Source: Candidatus Fermentibacterota bacterium
Lineage (GTDB): Bacteria > Fermentibacterota > Fermentibacteria > Fermentibacterales > JCC-6
Direction of reading: 5' to 3'
Length of the DNA stretch: 64,000 nt
NCBI GenBank assembly: GCA_963845085.1
Contig: CAWJQI010000005.1
Location: 192,001 to 256,000 of the forward strand
Below are positions 9,488 to 18,879 of this stretch, one piece after another. Within the stretch, counting starts at the first letter, position 1. Each line of letters starts with the position of its first letter. A program made the translations under genes and the position numbers. The notes under the pieces were generated by a model that saw nothing but the letters and a program-made list of their open reading frames with translations, searched no databases and was not told the origin of the DNA.

Positions 9488-10774
9488 TTACTCCTGGGCG
9501 CGGAGTTCCTCGGCCTTTTCCATTGCCTCGATCGCCTGCTGTCTGCGTCCAAGACGGCTGTAGGTCGATGCGAGGTAATCGTAGTACATCGCGTTGTCCG
9601 GATCGAACGAAATTGCCAGAAGCAAGGCTTCAAGGGAAGCCTCGTCGCGTTCGAGCCTGCTGTTGTTGACGAAAACCATGTAGTGCAGGTTGGCCATCTC
9701 ATCCTCGGAAAGGCCGGAGAGGGCCTGCGCCTGCCGAACAACTTCCAGGGACTCCTCATAGCGCTCGAGAAGCACATTTGCATGCGCGATGGTGGCGAGA
9801 ACGTCGTAGCTGTCGCCGATGAGGTCTCTGCTGGCCTGGAGCTGCGCAAGGGCTTCATCGCTGCGCTCCATCTCAAGCAGCGCGAAGCCGCGGGTCAACA
9901 TGAGCGCACCCCTCATCGAGGTTGATTCTTCGGGCGTGATCCATCCGTCGGCCTCGCCCTGAAGGATCGACTGCTCGGCGTTGTCGTACACCGCGAGCGC
10001 CTCGTCGTACTTGCCCTGAATCAGCAGTATCTCGGCCTTCGTTTCGAGAAGATCCGGGTTCATGGGATCGAGAAGGAGGCCGGCATCGAGAATAGTGCCG
10101 GCGCGCAGGGCGTGAGCTTCCTTCTCGGCCGGGTCTTCGGTGCTGAGGTAAAGGTTTTCAAGAATGCGCGCGGAGTTGTAGCTCGAAAGGACGGCGCCGG
10201 AAAGAACCCTGTAGTACTCGTTATCAAGGAACTCAAGCCTTGCAGGGTCGGTCTCAACGGCCTTCTGCGCCTCAAGATCGCTCAGGAGGGCGTTTCCGAG
10301 TGCGAACGACTCGTCGAAGCGGTCAAGGGCTTCCATGGTGTTGCCCTGATTCAGCGTGATGTCGCCGAGCATCTGAGGGAACTCGGGCCTGTCCGGTGCG
10401 ATGGAGGACCCGACGGAGAGTACCTCGACTGCTCCGGGGATGTCGCCGGCGCTGAAACGGCTGTTCGCGGTGTTGTAGAAGACCGACCAGAAATCGGCGA
10501 TGGCTGCCTGGCGTGTCGGGTCGAGCCTGTAGGCTTCACTGAACGCCTCGGCGGAATTTTCCCAGTCATGGATGAAGCTGTGGGCTCTTGCCTTCCAGTA
10601 CCAGATCTCGGCGTTTGCGGCTTCGGGGCCGGCGAGAACGCTGTCGGCCAACTCGATGGCACGTTCGTAATCACCGTTCTGAATGTGAACCTTGATACCT
10701 GTGATGGAAGGGGAAGAGCACCCGGTTATTAACAGTGAAGCAGCAATGGCTGTCACTATCAGACCCTTTACCAA
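9488..10774 (-). CDS. Tetratricopeptide-repeat lipoprotein
   Basis: TTG start with GGAGG RBS, lipobox ITGC, several TPR-like units (AYRLDP, ISFDPDNAMYYDYLA). Confidence 0.8.
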   Translation of the reverse strand: MVKGLIVTAIAASLLITGCSSPSITGIKVHIQNGDYERAIELADSVLAGPEAANAEIWYWKARAHSFIHDWENSAEAFSEAYRLDPTRQAAIADFWSVFYNTANSRFSAGDIPGAVEVLSVGSSIAPDRPEFPQMLGDITLNQGNTMEALDRFDESFALGNALLSDLEAQKAVETDPARLEFLDNEYYRVLSGAVLSSYNSARILENLYLSTEDPAEKEAHALRAGTILDAGLLLDPMNPDLLETKAEILLIQGKYDEALAVYDNAEQSILQGEADGWITPEESTSMRGALMLTRGFALLEMERSDEALAQLQASRDLIGDSYDVLATIAHANVLLERYEESLEVVRQAQALSGLSEDEMANLHYMVFVNNSRLERDEASLEALLLAISFDPDNAMYYDYLASTYSRLGRRQQAIEAMEKAEELRAQE

Positions 10775-10933
10775 TTCAATCCTCCGTTTCAGGAAAGTTC
10801 TGGATCGCTGTTGTGAACGGGTATTTTTGAAAAGACAACGTAATCTCGCCGATTCGGCTCATCAAGTCAACAGAGGGGGGCTTGACCGGAAGCACCTCCC
10901 GTTGCAGTATTCAACCTCCACGGAGGTTTATAT

Positions 10934-11383
10934 ATGGCTGTTTTTACCGGTACCGCCGCCTGGATCCTGTCCTCTCTCATCTATGCGTCCACCGGCACGG
11001 GGATGATCCCCATGCAGGACGCCAGTCCCGAGAGAAGGGCGACAGTGAGCGTGACGAACCAGTTCATCCTCTTCCAGGAAGGCGATCGTGAAGCCAATCT
11101 TGCACTTGTCTCGACCGGAAGGCCGCCGGCCTTTCTAACTCCGACCGGAGACTTCAGGGTGCTTTACCGTCTGCGCAACCCCATGTCGAGCACCTACCAT
11201 GTACGAATGCCGTACTGGCTCTGCATCGTGCCCAGCGGCGCCATCGGCCTTCATCAGGCCGGAAGCGGCGCTGAAGCCCGCCTGGGTGAACCGCTCTCTC
11301 ACGGATGCATCAGGCTGGGAAGATACACCGCCGAGTGGGCCTACACCTGGATGCCCATCGGGGCAGCGGTCAGCATTCACTGA
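10934..11383 (+). CDS. L,D-transpeptidase (YkuD) family protein
   Basis: VSTG...TPTGDF, MPYW, GLH...LGEPLSHGCIRL catalytic motif. Confidence 0.82.
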   Translation: MAVFTGTAAWILSSLIYASTGTGMIPMQDASPERRATVSVTNQFILFQEGDREANLALVSTGRPPAFLTPTGDFRVLYRLRNPMSSTYHVRMPYWLCIVPSGAIGLHQAGSGAEARLGEPLSHGCIRLGRYTAEWAYTWMPIGAAVSIH

Positions 11384-12392
11384 GTTTTTCCGTCACCCCG
11401 CGCAGTTTCTGCGCGCAGGAATCAGCCATCACAAGCGTTGCCTCTTCGGTGCAGACCACCGAGACGTTGCTGAGCCCCATCACCACCGTGAGCCTTCCCG
11501 TAGAGTCGTACACCAGCACCTTGTCGGAGTCCACCAGCAGGGTCTCCCCCATGCATACACCCGCAGCCCGTGCGCCCGGCCAGTCGCCGATGTCGCTCCA
11601 ATCGAAGGATGCGGGGACCACAACAACATTGTCCGCCTTCTCCATAACGCCGACATCGATCGAGACCGCTGGAAGCCCGGCGAACGACACGCTGTCCGGG
11701 CGCGTGCTTCCATCGATGGCGTCAAGCCCCGTGTAAAGGGCCGGCATGTGCTTCCTTAAGGCTTCGATGATCCCGTCCACGCTCCAGGCGAACATCCCTG
11801 AGTTCCAAAGGTAACGGCCCGTCTCCAGATACCTTCCGGCTGTCGCGGCGTCGGGTTTTTCCCTGAAGGAGGCGACCCTGTAAACACCGGGCATCACTTC
11901 TGCACCCTTTTCCATGTAGCCGTACCCGGTTGCCGCATGAACCGGGCTGATGCCCATTGTTACGAGAAATCCGGCATCCGCGGCTCCGACGGCGAGCAGG
12001 GCAGTTTTTACGAATTCATCAAGCGGGTGGATCCGGTGATCGCTTGCCACGACGAGCATCGATCTCCGGCCATGCCCCCTCCGTGCAAGTATCGATGCCG
12101 CCCATCCAATGCAGGGGGCGGTGTTCCTTCCCTCCGGCTCAATGAGAAGATTGTCTTCCGGAAGCCACGGAAGCTGTTCCATGACCAGTCCGGCATGGTC
12201 CCTTCCGGTGGCCACCAGGATGTTCCCGCGGCCGCACACTGCGGAGAGCCTCTCGGCAGTGAGTTCGAGCATCGTGCCTCCGGGAAGAAGGTTCAGGAAC
12301 TGCTTGGGTTTCAGAGGGGTGGACAACGGCCAGAATCTGGTCCCCCTTCCTCCTGCCATGATCAGACCGAATGGTTTCGTCGTCCCGGTCAT
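11370..12392 (-). CDS. manC: Mannose-1-phosphate guanylyltransferase
   Basis: IMAGGRGTRFWPLS, PKQFL, EPEGRNTAP, FREKPD, WNSGMF, WSDIGDW. Confidence 0.9.
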   Translation of the reverse strand: MTGTTKPFGLIMAGGRGTRFWPLSTPLKPKQFLNLLPGGTMLELTAERLSAVCGRGNILVATGRDHAGLVMEQLPWLPEDNLLIEPEGRNTAPCIGWAASILARRGHGRRSMLVVASDHRIHPLDEFVKTALLAVGAADAGFLVTMGISPVHAATGYGYMEKGAEVMPGVYRVASFREKPDAATAGRYLETGRYLWNSGMFAWSVDGIIEALRKHMPALYTGLDAIDGSTRPDSVSFAGLPAVSIDVGVMEKADNVVVVPASFDWSDIGDWPGARAAGVCMGETLLVDSDKVLVYDSTGRLTVVMGLSNVSVVCTEEATLVMADSCAQKLRGVTEKLSEC

Positions 12393-13162
12393 CGCTTCAT
12401 CACCACCTTCCACGAACCCGGCGAGGCATGTACCCGGCCTCCGAGAGAATCAGCGAGGAGGCAGGAATCCTTGCCGGGCATGAACAGAATCTCCCAGGCG
12501 GAAAGTACAAGCGGTCCCCCGGCTTTCTCCAGAGTGTATTCGCCGCCGTCTATCAGTCCGTTCGGGGGAAGAACGGGCTTTCCGCTTCTGCCCCAGTCGA
12601 TTGCATCAAGGGCCTGCCGAACATGGAGGGCCCTTGGTCTGCCCGCAGGATCCGTCCTGTCCCAGTCCCAGAGCCGATATGTCACATCGCAGTTGAGCTG
12701 GACCTCGAGAACGCTCATCCCGGCACCGAGCGAATGCACCGTTCCGGCAGGCAGGTGCATTGTCATTCCAGGCGCGGCTTCGAAGGATGTGAGCACGTTC
12801 AGTGCGCTTCCGTCTGAAAGCGCTTTCATGAGCTTCCCACCATCCATCCCCGGGGTGATCCCGGCAAGGATGCGGCCATGCCCGGACAGCACGACCCATG
12901 TTTCATCCTTCCTCGGGTAACCTCCCCCGCAACCGGGGTGGACCTGTACGGACAGATCCTGAGAGGTGTGCAGGGTTTTAATGAGCAGGGGAAAACGGCT
13001 GTTCTGCCAGATCTCGGCAAGCTCGATCCTCTCGCCCCCGTTGATCGGTTCAAGGCTCGTGGAGCCTTCAGGGTCGTCGAACAGCCACCAGACCTCTCCG
13101 ATACCGCCCGGAAGAGAGCCCCAGACCCTCTCGACCATTCTGGGCATGCACCTGTAGATCAT
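12389..13162 (-). CDS. manA: Class I mannose-6-phosphate isomerase (cupin)
   Basis: FPLLIK, LSVQVHP, KDETW, LPAGTVHS, EVQLNCDVTYRLWDWDR, RALH. Confidence 0.85.
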   Translation of the reverse strand: MIYRCMPRMVERVWGSLPGGIGEVWWLFDDPEGSTSLEPINGGERIELAEIWQNSRFPLLIKTLHTSQDLSVQVHPGCGGGYPRKDETWVVLSGHGRILAGITPGMDGGKLMKALSDGSALNVLTSFEAAPGMTMHLPAGTVHSLGAGMSVLEVQLNCDVTYRLWDWDRTDPAGRPRALHVRQALDAIDWGRSGKPVLPPNGLIDGGEYTLEKAGGPLVLSAWEILFMPGKDSCLLADSLGGRVHASPGSWKVVMKR

Positions 13163-13851
13163 GACATCTCCCTTGCGGTCCTTGCGAATTCGGCTGCGAT
13201 GACCGGGCCGGTGGCATCCCTCTCCGGGTGCCACTGAACGGCTGTCACCAGGCCGTCATCGGACTCCATCGCCTCAATGATCCCGTCCGGGCTTCTCCCG
13301 GCTTCAATGAATCCTGCCGGAACACTTTCCACGGCCTGATGATGGGAACTCCAGACGCTTGCACGGGCCCCGAGCAGCCTGGAGAGACCGGAACCCTCCC
13401 TCAGGTGCACAGCGTGCAGCCCGGCGCCGTGATCGAGAGCTCCGGGGACGGAAGAGGGGATGTCCTGGATCAGTGCCCCTCCCTCGGAGATCGCCGCCAG
13501 CTGCATGCCAAGACATATGGCCAGCACAGGTATGCCCGCGGCCCTGGCCTCCCGGTACAGGCAGAGATCCCACATTGGGCGGTCGGTTTCGGGATTCCTG
13601 CTTCCCCGGTCGGCTCTGCCGTACATAACCGGAGCGGGGTCTCCGCCACCAGTCAGTACGAGTCCGTCGAGCTCCCTGATCCTCTCGGAGGGTGTGCAGG
13701 CGCCGCCCGGCAGGAGACCGAGCGGAACAACGCCAAGCCCCTCGAAGAGCTTCATGTAACACTGGTTGAGAGAAAACTTCCAGGGGCCGTAGATCTCCGC
13801 CCGATCATCGGGGTTCGCATCCCAGTAGAGAGTCAGGCCGATCCGGAGCAT
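13159..13851 (-). CDS. Peptidase C26 / class I glutamine amidotransferase (PuuD-like)
   Basis: DGLVLTGGGD, AICLGMQL, SHHQAV, VQWHPE. The start at 13851 forms a TGATG overlap with nadA. Confidence 0.85.
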   Translation of the reverse strand: MLRIGLTLYWDANPDDRAEIYGPWKFSLNQCYMKLFEGLGVVPLGLLPGGACTPSERIRELDGLVLTGGGDPAPVMYGRADRGSRNPETDRPMWDLCLYREARAAGIPVLAICLGMQLAAISEGGALIQDIPSSVPGALDHGAGLHAVHLREGSGLSRLLGARASVWSSHHQAVESVPAGFIEAGRSPDGIIEAMESDDGLVTAVQWHPERDATGPVIAAEFARTAREMS

Positions 13852-14750
13852 CAGATCTCCGTCATTCTTTCCAGTGCACGGCGGGCGGGTTCCATCTGCT
13901 CCTCCGGGATCAGGATGCCCCGGTCGTCCGACTCGAGAGCATCGATGACCATCGCAAGCGTCGAGTTTCGCATGTCCGGGCATGTGATGCCGCCTGCAGC
14001 CATGAACTCCCGATCGGGGAAAAGCGATGTAAGCCGGTGAACCATTCCCTCCTCGGTGCCGATAATGAATCTGCGCAATGGCGAGCCGGCCACAAAACTG
14101 ATCATCCCCCCCGTTCCCAGAACCTGGTCTGCCTCGCGCCAGAAAACGGGAGGCGTTTCGGGATGAACGAGAACAGCAGCATCGGGCCACTGCGCCCGGG
14201 CACGCCTGAGGTCCCTTATGTCGGCGCCTGCGTGGGCGTGGCATCCGCCGGGCCAGGGAACCACGTTGCGACCGGAATGCAGTGCCGCAAACGCAGCAAG
14301 ATTCCTGTCCGGACCAAACAGCACATCCCCAGCGGGAGCCGCCTTGACCACCGCCACAGCGTTTGCGCTCGTGCAGCATGCCCAGCTCTCGGCCTTCACC
14401 GCAACGGAGGAGTTCACATAGGTGACCAGCGCCGCTCCGGGATAACCCGCCTTCCAGTCCCGCGCGTCGTCCGCGTTCATGCATGCCGCGAGGGAGCAGT
14501 CCGCACCCGGTGCGACAAGCCTGACCACACTGTGCGGTGAGAGTATTTTGGCGGTTTCCGCCATGAACCGGACACCGCAGAATATGATAAGTTCAGCCTT
14601 TGAATTTCTTGCGAAGCGAGACAGCTCGAGGCTGTCACCGACCTGGTCTGCAATGTCCTGAATCGCCGGGGGCTGGTAGCTGTGCGCGAGCACGACTGCG
14701 CCGGTCATTCTTTTCAACCCCTCGATCTTCCGGTTCTCGTGATTCATCAC
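13851..14750 (-). CDS. nadA: Quinolinate synthase
   Basis: LAHSYQ, GDSLELS, FCGVRFMAETA, YVNSS, CCTSAN, VHPE, TEEGM, CPDM. Confidence 0.92.
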   Translation of the reverse strand: MMNHENRKIEGLKRMTGAVVLAHSYQPPAIQDIADQVGDSLELSRFARNSKAELIIFCGVRFMAETAKILSPHSVVRLVAPGADCSLAACMNADDARDWKAGYPGAALVTYVNSSVAVKAESWACCTSANAVAVVKAAPAGDVLFGPDRNLAAFAALHSGRNVVPWPGGCHAHAGADIRDLRRARAQWPDAAVLVHPETPPVFWREADQVLGTGGMISFVAGSPLRRFIIGTEEGMVHRLTSLFPDREFMAAGGITCPDMRNSTLAMVIDALESDDRGILIPEEQMEPARRALERMTEI

Positions 14751-15715
14751 CCCTCCGTCCGCATGATGACCCCTGCACCTGCGACTTTGGAACCCATGTA
14801 GAAAGCGGCGGTCTGCCCTGGAGCCACGGCCTTCTGCGGAGTTTCAAACTCAACCGAATACCCCTCCGCAACCGGTCTGACGACCGAGTGAACAGCCCTG
14901 TGCCTTGAGCGGACCTGAACCATTGCCTCAAACCGCCCGTCCGCCGGAAGGCAAAGATCGTTGACCCCGGCCACCATGCAGCGAGTCGAACGCAGGTGTT
15001 CTGCAGTGCCGACCACAACGCGGTTGACAGAGGGTTCAAGGCGCACCACGTACATCCTGGCGCCGTGCGCACCGATCCCCTTCCGCTGTCCGATCGTGAA
15101 ACCACCGAGCCCCTGGTGCCTGCCGACTGCCTCCCCCTCGACGGTGACAACATCGCCAGGCTCGCCGAGCCGCTTCAGGCTGGCGCACAGGTCCTGGCTT
15201 TCCCTTGAAAGGAAGGGAAGGCCGGCTTGGGAAACCATTGCCCTCACCTCTGTCTTGCACAGCCTTCCAAGCGGAAAGGAGCATCGGGACAGGATTCGAA
15301 TCGGCACCATCGAGAGGAAGTAGCTCTGATCCTTGAGCGGATCGGCGCCCCTGCTGAGGCAGGAATCTGCAATGTTCGCGTAGTGGCCCGTAACCAGATC
15401 CTCATCCCGACCGAGAATCGAGAAGGCGAGCGCAAGCTTCACCCGGGCGTTGCACAGGATGCACGGATTTGGTGTAAGCCCCTTCCCGTAGGCAACCTCC
15501 GAGCTTTGCAGGACCGTCTCCCTGAAGGCTTTGCGGGCATCCTCAACAAGGATGGGAACACCCAGCCGTTCCGCCGCCTCAACGGCTTCCCGGGGAGGGC
15601 CGTCGCCCCTCATGTCGATGAACAGGGCCCTTGCCGAACCGTGTGACCGCAGGCTCAGCAGCATGGCGGCCGTGGAATCCACACCCCCCGACAGACAGAC
15701 CAGCGCATCACGCAC
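14747..15715 (-). CDS. mnmA: tRNA 2-thiouridine(34) synthase
   Basis: SGGVDS, TPNPCILCN, TGHYA, KDQSYFL, ESQDLC, TIGQRKG, APGQ. Confidence 0.88.
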   Translation of the reverse strand: MRDALVCLSGGVDSTAAMLLSLRSHGSARALFIDMRGDGPPREAVEAAERLGVPILVEDARKAFRETVLQSSEVAYGKGLTPNPCILCNARVKLALAFSILGRDEDLVTGHYANIADSCLSRGADPLKDQSYFLSMVPIRILSRCSFPLGRLCKTEVRAMVSQAGLPFLSRESQDLCASLKRLGEPGDVVTVEGEAVGRHQGLGGFTIGQRKGIGAHGARMYVVRLEPSVNRVVVGTAEHLRSTRCMVAGVNDLCLPADGRFEAMVQVRSRHRAVHSVVRPVAEGYSVEFETPQKAVAPGQTAAFYMGSKVAGAGVIMRTEG

Positions 15716-16925
15716 CGAATTTTTCCAGCCTTCCCGCCGATGCAAGCATCAGGGGCAGAAGGTCGAGCGAGTTGATTGTTCCCAGGGAGCCCGCAGCCGC
15801 CTGCCGCTCGGAAAAGCAGTCGCTCCAGCCGACTCGCTGGCTTCCGCCGTAAAGCAGCAGGGGAACAGGGTGCCAGCTGTGCTGCTTCATGGGGCAGGGG
15901 GTGCAGTGGTCGCCAGTGACCGCTATAACGTCGAACCCGGCTGCCATGAAGCCGGGAAGGGCCATGTCGAAATCCTCGACAGCAGCGATCTTCCTTTTCC
16001 AGTCGCCGTCCTCGCCCGCGCTGTCGGTGTACTTGTGATGCAGGAAAACGAAATCGTACCCATGGGCCATGGCTTCCGAAACGGCTCTGACCTGTCCGGA
16101 GAGGTCCGCGGGGCTCGATTCGAGAACCGTCATCCCAAGAAGTGAGGCCAGCCCCCTGTACATCGGGTAAATCGCCACGGCCGCAGGTCTGAGTTTGAAT
16201 GTGGCGCCGAAGGCGGGATAGCTTCGGTTGACAGCGATCCCCCTCAGAAGCAAGCCGTTCGCCCGGGGCTCGTCATTGAGAAGCTCCTGCGAGCGCCGGA
16301 TGAACTCGGAAACGACCCCGGCGCTGCGCAGGCATTCATCGGAAGGAGAAACCATGGGCAGGGGTTTCAGCCCGACCGAACCGGGGTCGGTGTCGGGCAG
16401 CCCGTCATGAAACCCTTCGCCCCTGAAGACAACACAGGCGCGATGCTCCTTGACCGGCCTGACAAGCACCTCGACCCCCGGTATCCGGATGGAGTCAAGG
16501 ATGCCGGCCAGACGGGCGCACTCCCCGGAGGATATCCTGCCCGCCCTGCGGTCGGTGATCACTCCGTCACGGTCGAGGGTGCAGAAGTTGATCCGTGCCG
16601 CAAGGTCGCCCTTCTGAAGCGGGAAGCCGATCCCCAGAACCTCCAGCACGCCCCGGCCTATCAGGTTGTCGACAGGGTCGAACCCGAACAGGGCCATGTG
16701 GGCCGGACCGCTTCCGGGAGTGATGCCCTGGGCGACCGGAATGTGCTGACCCAGTGCGCTCCGCTGTGCAAGCAAGTCGAGATTCGGCGTGGCCGCTGCC
16801 TCAAGCGGTGTTCTCCCGTCGAGCTCGGGCACGCTCACATCCCCGAGACCGTCAAGCACGGAAAGGAGCATCCTGCCCCCTCTTGGAACGGAGAGGCTGG
16901 CTGCCAGTTCCACCGACCTGCTCAT
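15708..16925 (-). CDS. apgM: 2,3-bisphosphoglycerate-independent phosphoglycerate mutase (archaeal-type)
   Basis: DGLGD, TPLEAAATPNLD, PGSGPAH, GRGVLE, DRRAGRI, TGDHCTP, HSWHPVP. Confidence 0.9.
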   Translation of the reverse strand: MSRSVELAASLSVPRGGRMLLSVLDGLGDVSVPELDGRTPLEAAATPNLDLLAQRSALGQHIPVAQGITPGSGPAHMALFGFDPVDNLIGRGVLEVLGIGFPLQKGDLAARINFCTLDRDGVITDRRAGRISSGECARLAGILDSIRIPGVEVLVRPVKEHRACVVFRGEGFHDGLPDTDPGSVGLKPLPMVSPSDECLRSAGVVSEFIRRSQELLNDEPRANGLLLRGIAVNRSYPAFGATFKLRPAAVAIYPMYRGLASLLGMTVLESSPADLSGQVRAVSEAMAHGYDFVFLHHKYTDSAGEDGDWKRKIAAVEDFDMALPGFMAAGFDVIAVTGDHCTPCPMKQHSWHPVPLLLYGGSQRVGWSDCFSERQAAAGSLGTINSLDLLPLMLASAGRLEKFGA

Positions 16926-17959
16926 GCCGTAACCTCCTTGAACGCCACACCGTTGCCCGGGACTATCTCCCCGGCCATGAAGGGCTTTTCACCCTGCTCC
17001 CGTAGAATTTCCATCACCGTGAGCGGTTCCGGCGTTACCATAAGGAATCCCGCCCCCATGTTGAAGGCAAGACGCATTTCGGTGGTGGCGATTCGTCCGA
17101 CACGGGCAATGAGCCCGAAGATCGGGGGTTCGGGCCAGTGTGCGTTGATCACCGCTCCAAGCCCTTCCGGAAGTATCCTCACCAGGTTGCCCGGGATACC
17201 CCCCCCGGTGATGTGTGCCATTCCGGACAGGAGCCTTCGGGACAGAAGGGGCAGAACGGGATCGAGGTAGCTCCTGTGAACCGCGAGCAGGGCTTCCCCA
17301 ACAGTGGCGCCCCGCAGCTCCCGGGGGGCGGATTCGAGCGAGAACCCCCCGACCTCGAGAAGAACCTTCCTTGCCAGGGAGAAGCCATTGGTGTGAAGAC
17401 CTGTCGACGGGAGACCGACTACGCCGTGTCCAGCCCTGACAGCGCTGCCGTCGACAATGTTCTCCCTCTCCACGATGCCCACGATCGTGCCGGCAACGTC
17501 GTAATCACCCGGGCTGTAGAAGCCGGGCATTTCCGCAGTCTCACCACCGAGGAGCGCACAGCCGTTCTTCCTGCAGGCCCTTGCCATGCCGGTGACTATC
17601 CCGGCTGCGACAGGTGCCGAGAGCGCTCCGCAGGCGATGTAGTCAAGAAAGAACAGGGGGGACGCCCCCTGCACAAGGATATCGTTGACACAGTGGTTGA
17701 CGAGATCGGCCCCGACCGTTGAGTAATCTCCCAGCATCGAGGCGACCCTGAGCTTCGTTCCAACCCCGTCGGTGCTGGCAACGAGAACGGGGCTTTTCAT
17801 GGCGGGGAAATCGGCCCTGAAAAGACCTCCGAAATGACCAAGATCGGAAAGGACCCTGTCATTGAAGGTTTTTTTGACTTCATCCTTCATCAGGGCCACT
17901 GCCCTGTTCCCCTCCTCGATGTCAACACCGCTCTTCCTGTAGTCGAGGGGAGCCATCAT
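16922..17959 (-). CDS. purM: Phosphoribosylformylglycinamidine cyclo-ligase
   Basis: YRKSGVDI, STDGVGTK, VNDILVQGA, FFLDY, GGETAEMPG, GLHTNGFSL, HITGGG, FNMG. Confidence 0.94.
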   Translation of the reverse strand: MMAPLDYRKSGVDIEEGNRAVALMKDEVKKTFNDRVLSDLGHFGGLFRADFPAMKSPVLVASTDGVGTKLRVASMLGDYSTVGADLVNHCVNDILVQGASPLFFLDYIACGALSAPVAAGIVTGMARACRKNGCALLGGETAEMPGFYSPGDYDVAGTIVGIVERENIVDGSAVRAGHGVVGLPSTGLHTNGFSLARKVLLEVGGFSLESAPRELRGATVGEALLAVHRSYLDPVLPLLSRRLLSGMAHITGGGIPGNLVRILPEGLGAVINAHWPEPPIFGLIARVGRIATTEMRLAFNMGAGFLMVTPEPLTVMEILREQGEKPFMAGEIVPGNGVAFKEVTA

Positions 17960-18870
17960 TCGATCCTGTCCAGCTGGTTTGTCGAAAGATAGTAGGACAG
18001 CCTTCGGGATATGGCGTCTGAGTCGATCCCCCGCAATCCGTCCACCCCGAATCCCTCTATCGCGAAGCTTGCCGTGACCGAACCGTAGCAGAGGGCCCTG
18101 GTGATGTTCGTAAGGGTGAGTTCCCCATCCGAACCGGAGAGGCATCCAAGCATCCCGGCAGCGAAGCTGTCGCCCGCACCCGTCGGATCAATGACCTTTT
18201 CCACAGGCACTGCGGGCATTATGAAGGGGGCCTTCCCGCCAAGGACCATGGCGCCCTGTGCACCCATCTTCACGACGACGAAACGGGGTCCCGCCTCGAG
18301 GATGAAGCGCCCCGCCTCGAAGAGGTTGCGCGAACCCGATATCTGCCTCGCCTCGGAGGCGTTCACGAACACCATGTCCACACGGCTGATGGCTTCGAGC
18401 ACCAGTTCTTTCCTTCTGTCGATCCACAGGTTCATCGTGTCCAGTGCGACCCACCGGGGAGAGACCATCTGGTCCATCACACGGAGCTGCAGTTCGGGGT
18501 CGATGTTGGCGAGAAAGACGCAGGGGGTCTCCCGATAGGATTCGGGAAGCTTCGGCTCGAACCCCGCAAAGACGCCGAGTTCGGTTCTCAGCGTCTGGGC
18601 ATCGCCAAAGTCCGGACCGTACACCCCCTCCCAGCGGAAGGTGGGACCCTGGCCGGTCACAAGCCCCTCAAGATCAATATTCCTTGAAGCGAGGAAATCC
18701 ATTTCCCTCCTGGGGAAATCGGGACCGACCACCCCGACGACCCTCACCGAGTCGAGGGAACAGGCAGCGAGGCCGAAATAGACAGCAGATCCGCCGAGAG
18801 CATCCTCGACCTTCCCCGCAGGCGTGGTAAGGGTGTCAAGGGCTACGGAACCCACAACAAGAATCGACAT
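17956..18870 (-). CDS. PfkB-family carbohydrate kinase
   Basis: VVGSVALD, LGGSA, DTMNLWI, DPTGAGDSFAAG. Confidence 0.9.
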   Translation of the reverse strand: MSILVVGSVALDTLTTPAGKVEDALGGSAVYFGLAACSLDSVRVVGVVGPDFPRREMDFLASRNIDLEGLVTGQGPTFRWEGVYGPDFGDAQTLRTELGVFAGFEPKLPESYRETPCVFLANIDPELQLRVMDQMVSPRWVALDTMNLWIDRRKELVLEAISRVDMVFVNASEARQISGSRNLFEAGRFILEAGPRFVVVKMGAQGAMVLGGKAPFIMPAVPVEKVIDPTGAGDSFAAGMLGCLSGSDGELTLTNITRALCYGSVTASFAIEGFGVDGLRGIDSDAISRRLSYYLSTNQLDRIE

Positions 18871-18879
18871 TGAGCACCT

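Noticed and set aside
13852..14484. Long N-terminal extension making the C26 ORF 441 aa
   Set aside because: It overlaps nadA in another frame. The real start forms a TGATG junction at 13851.
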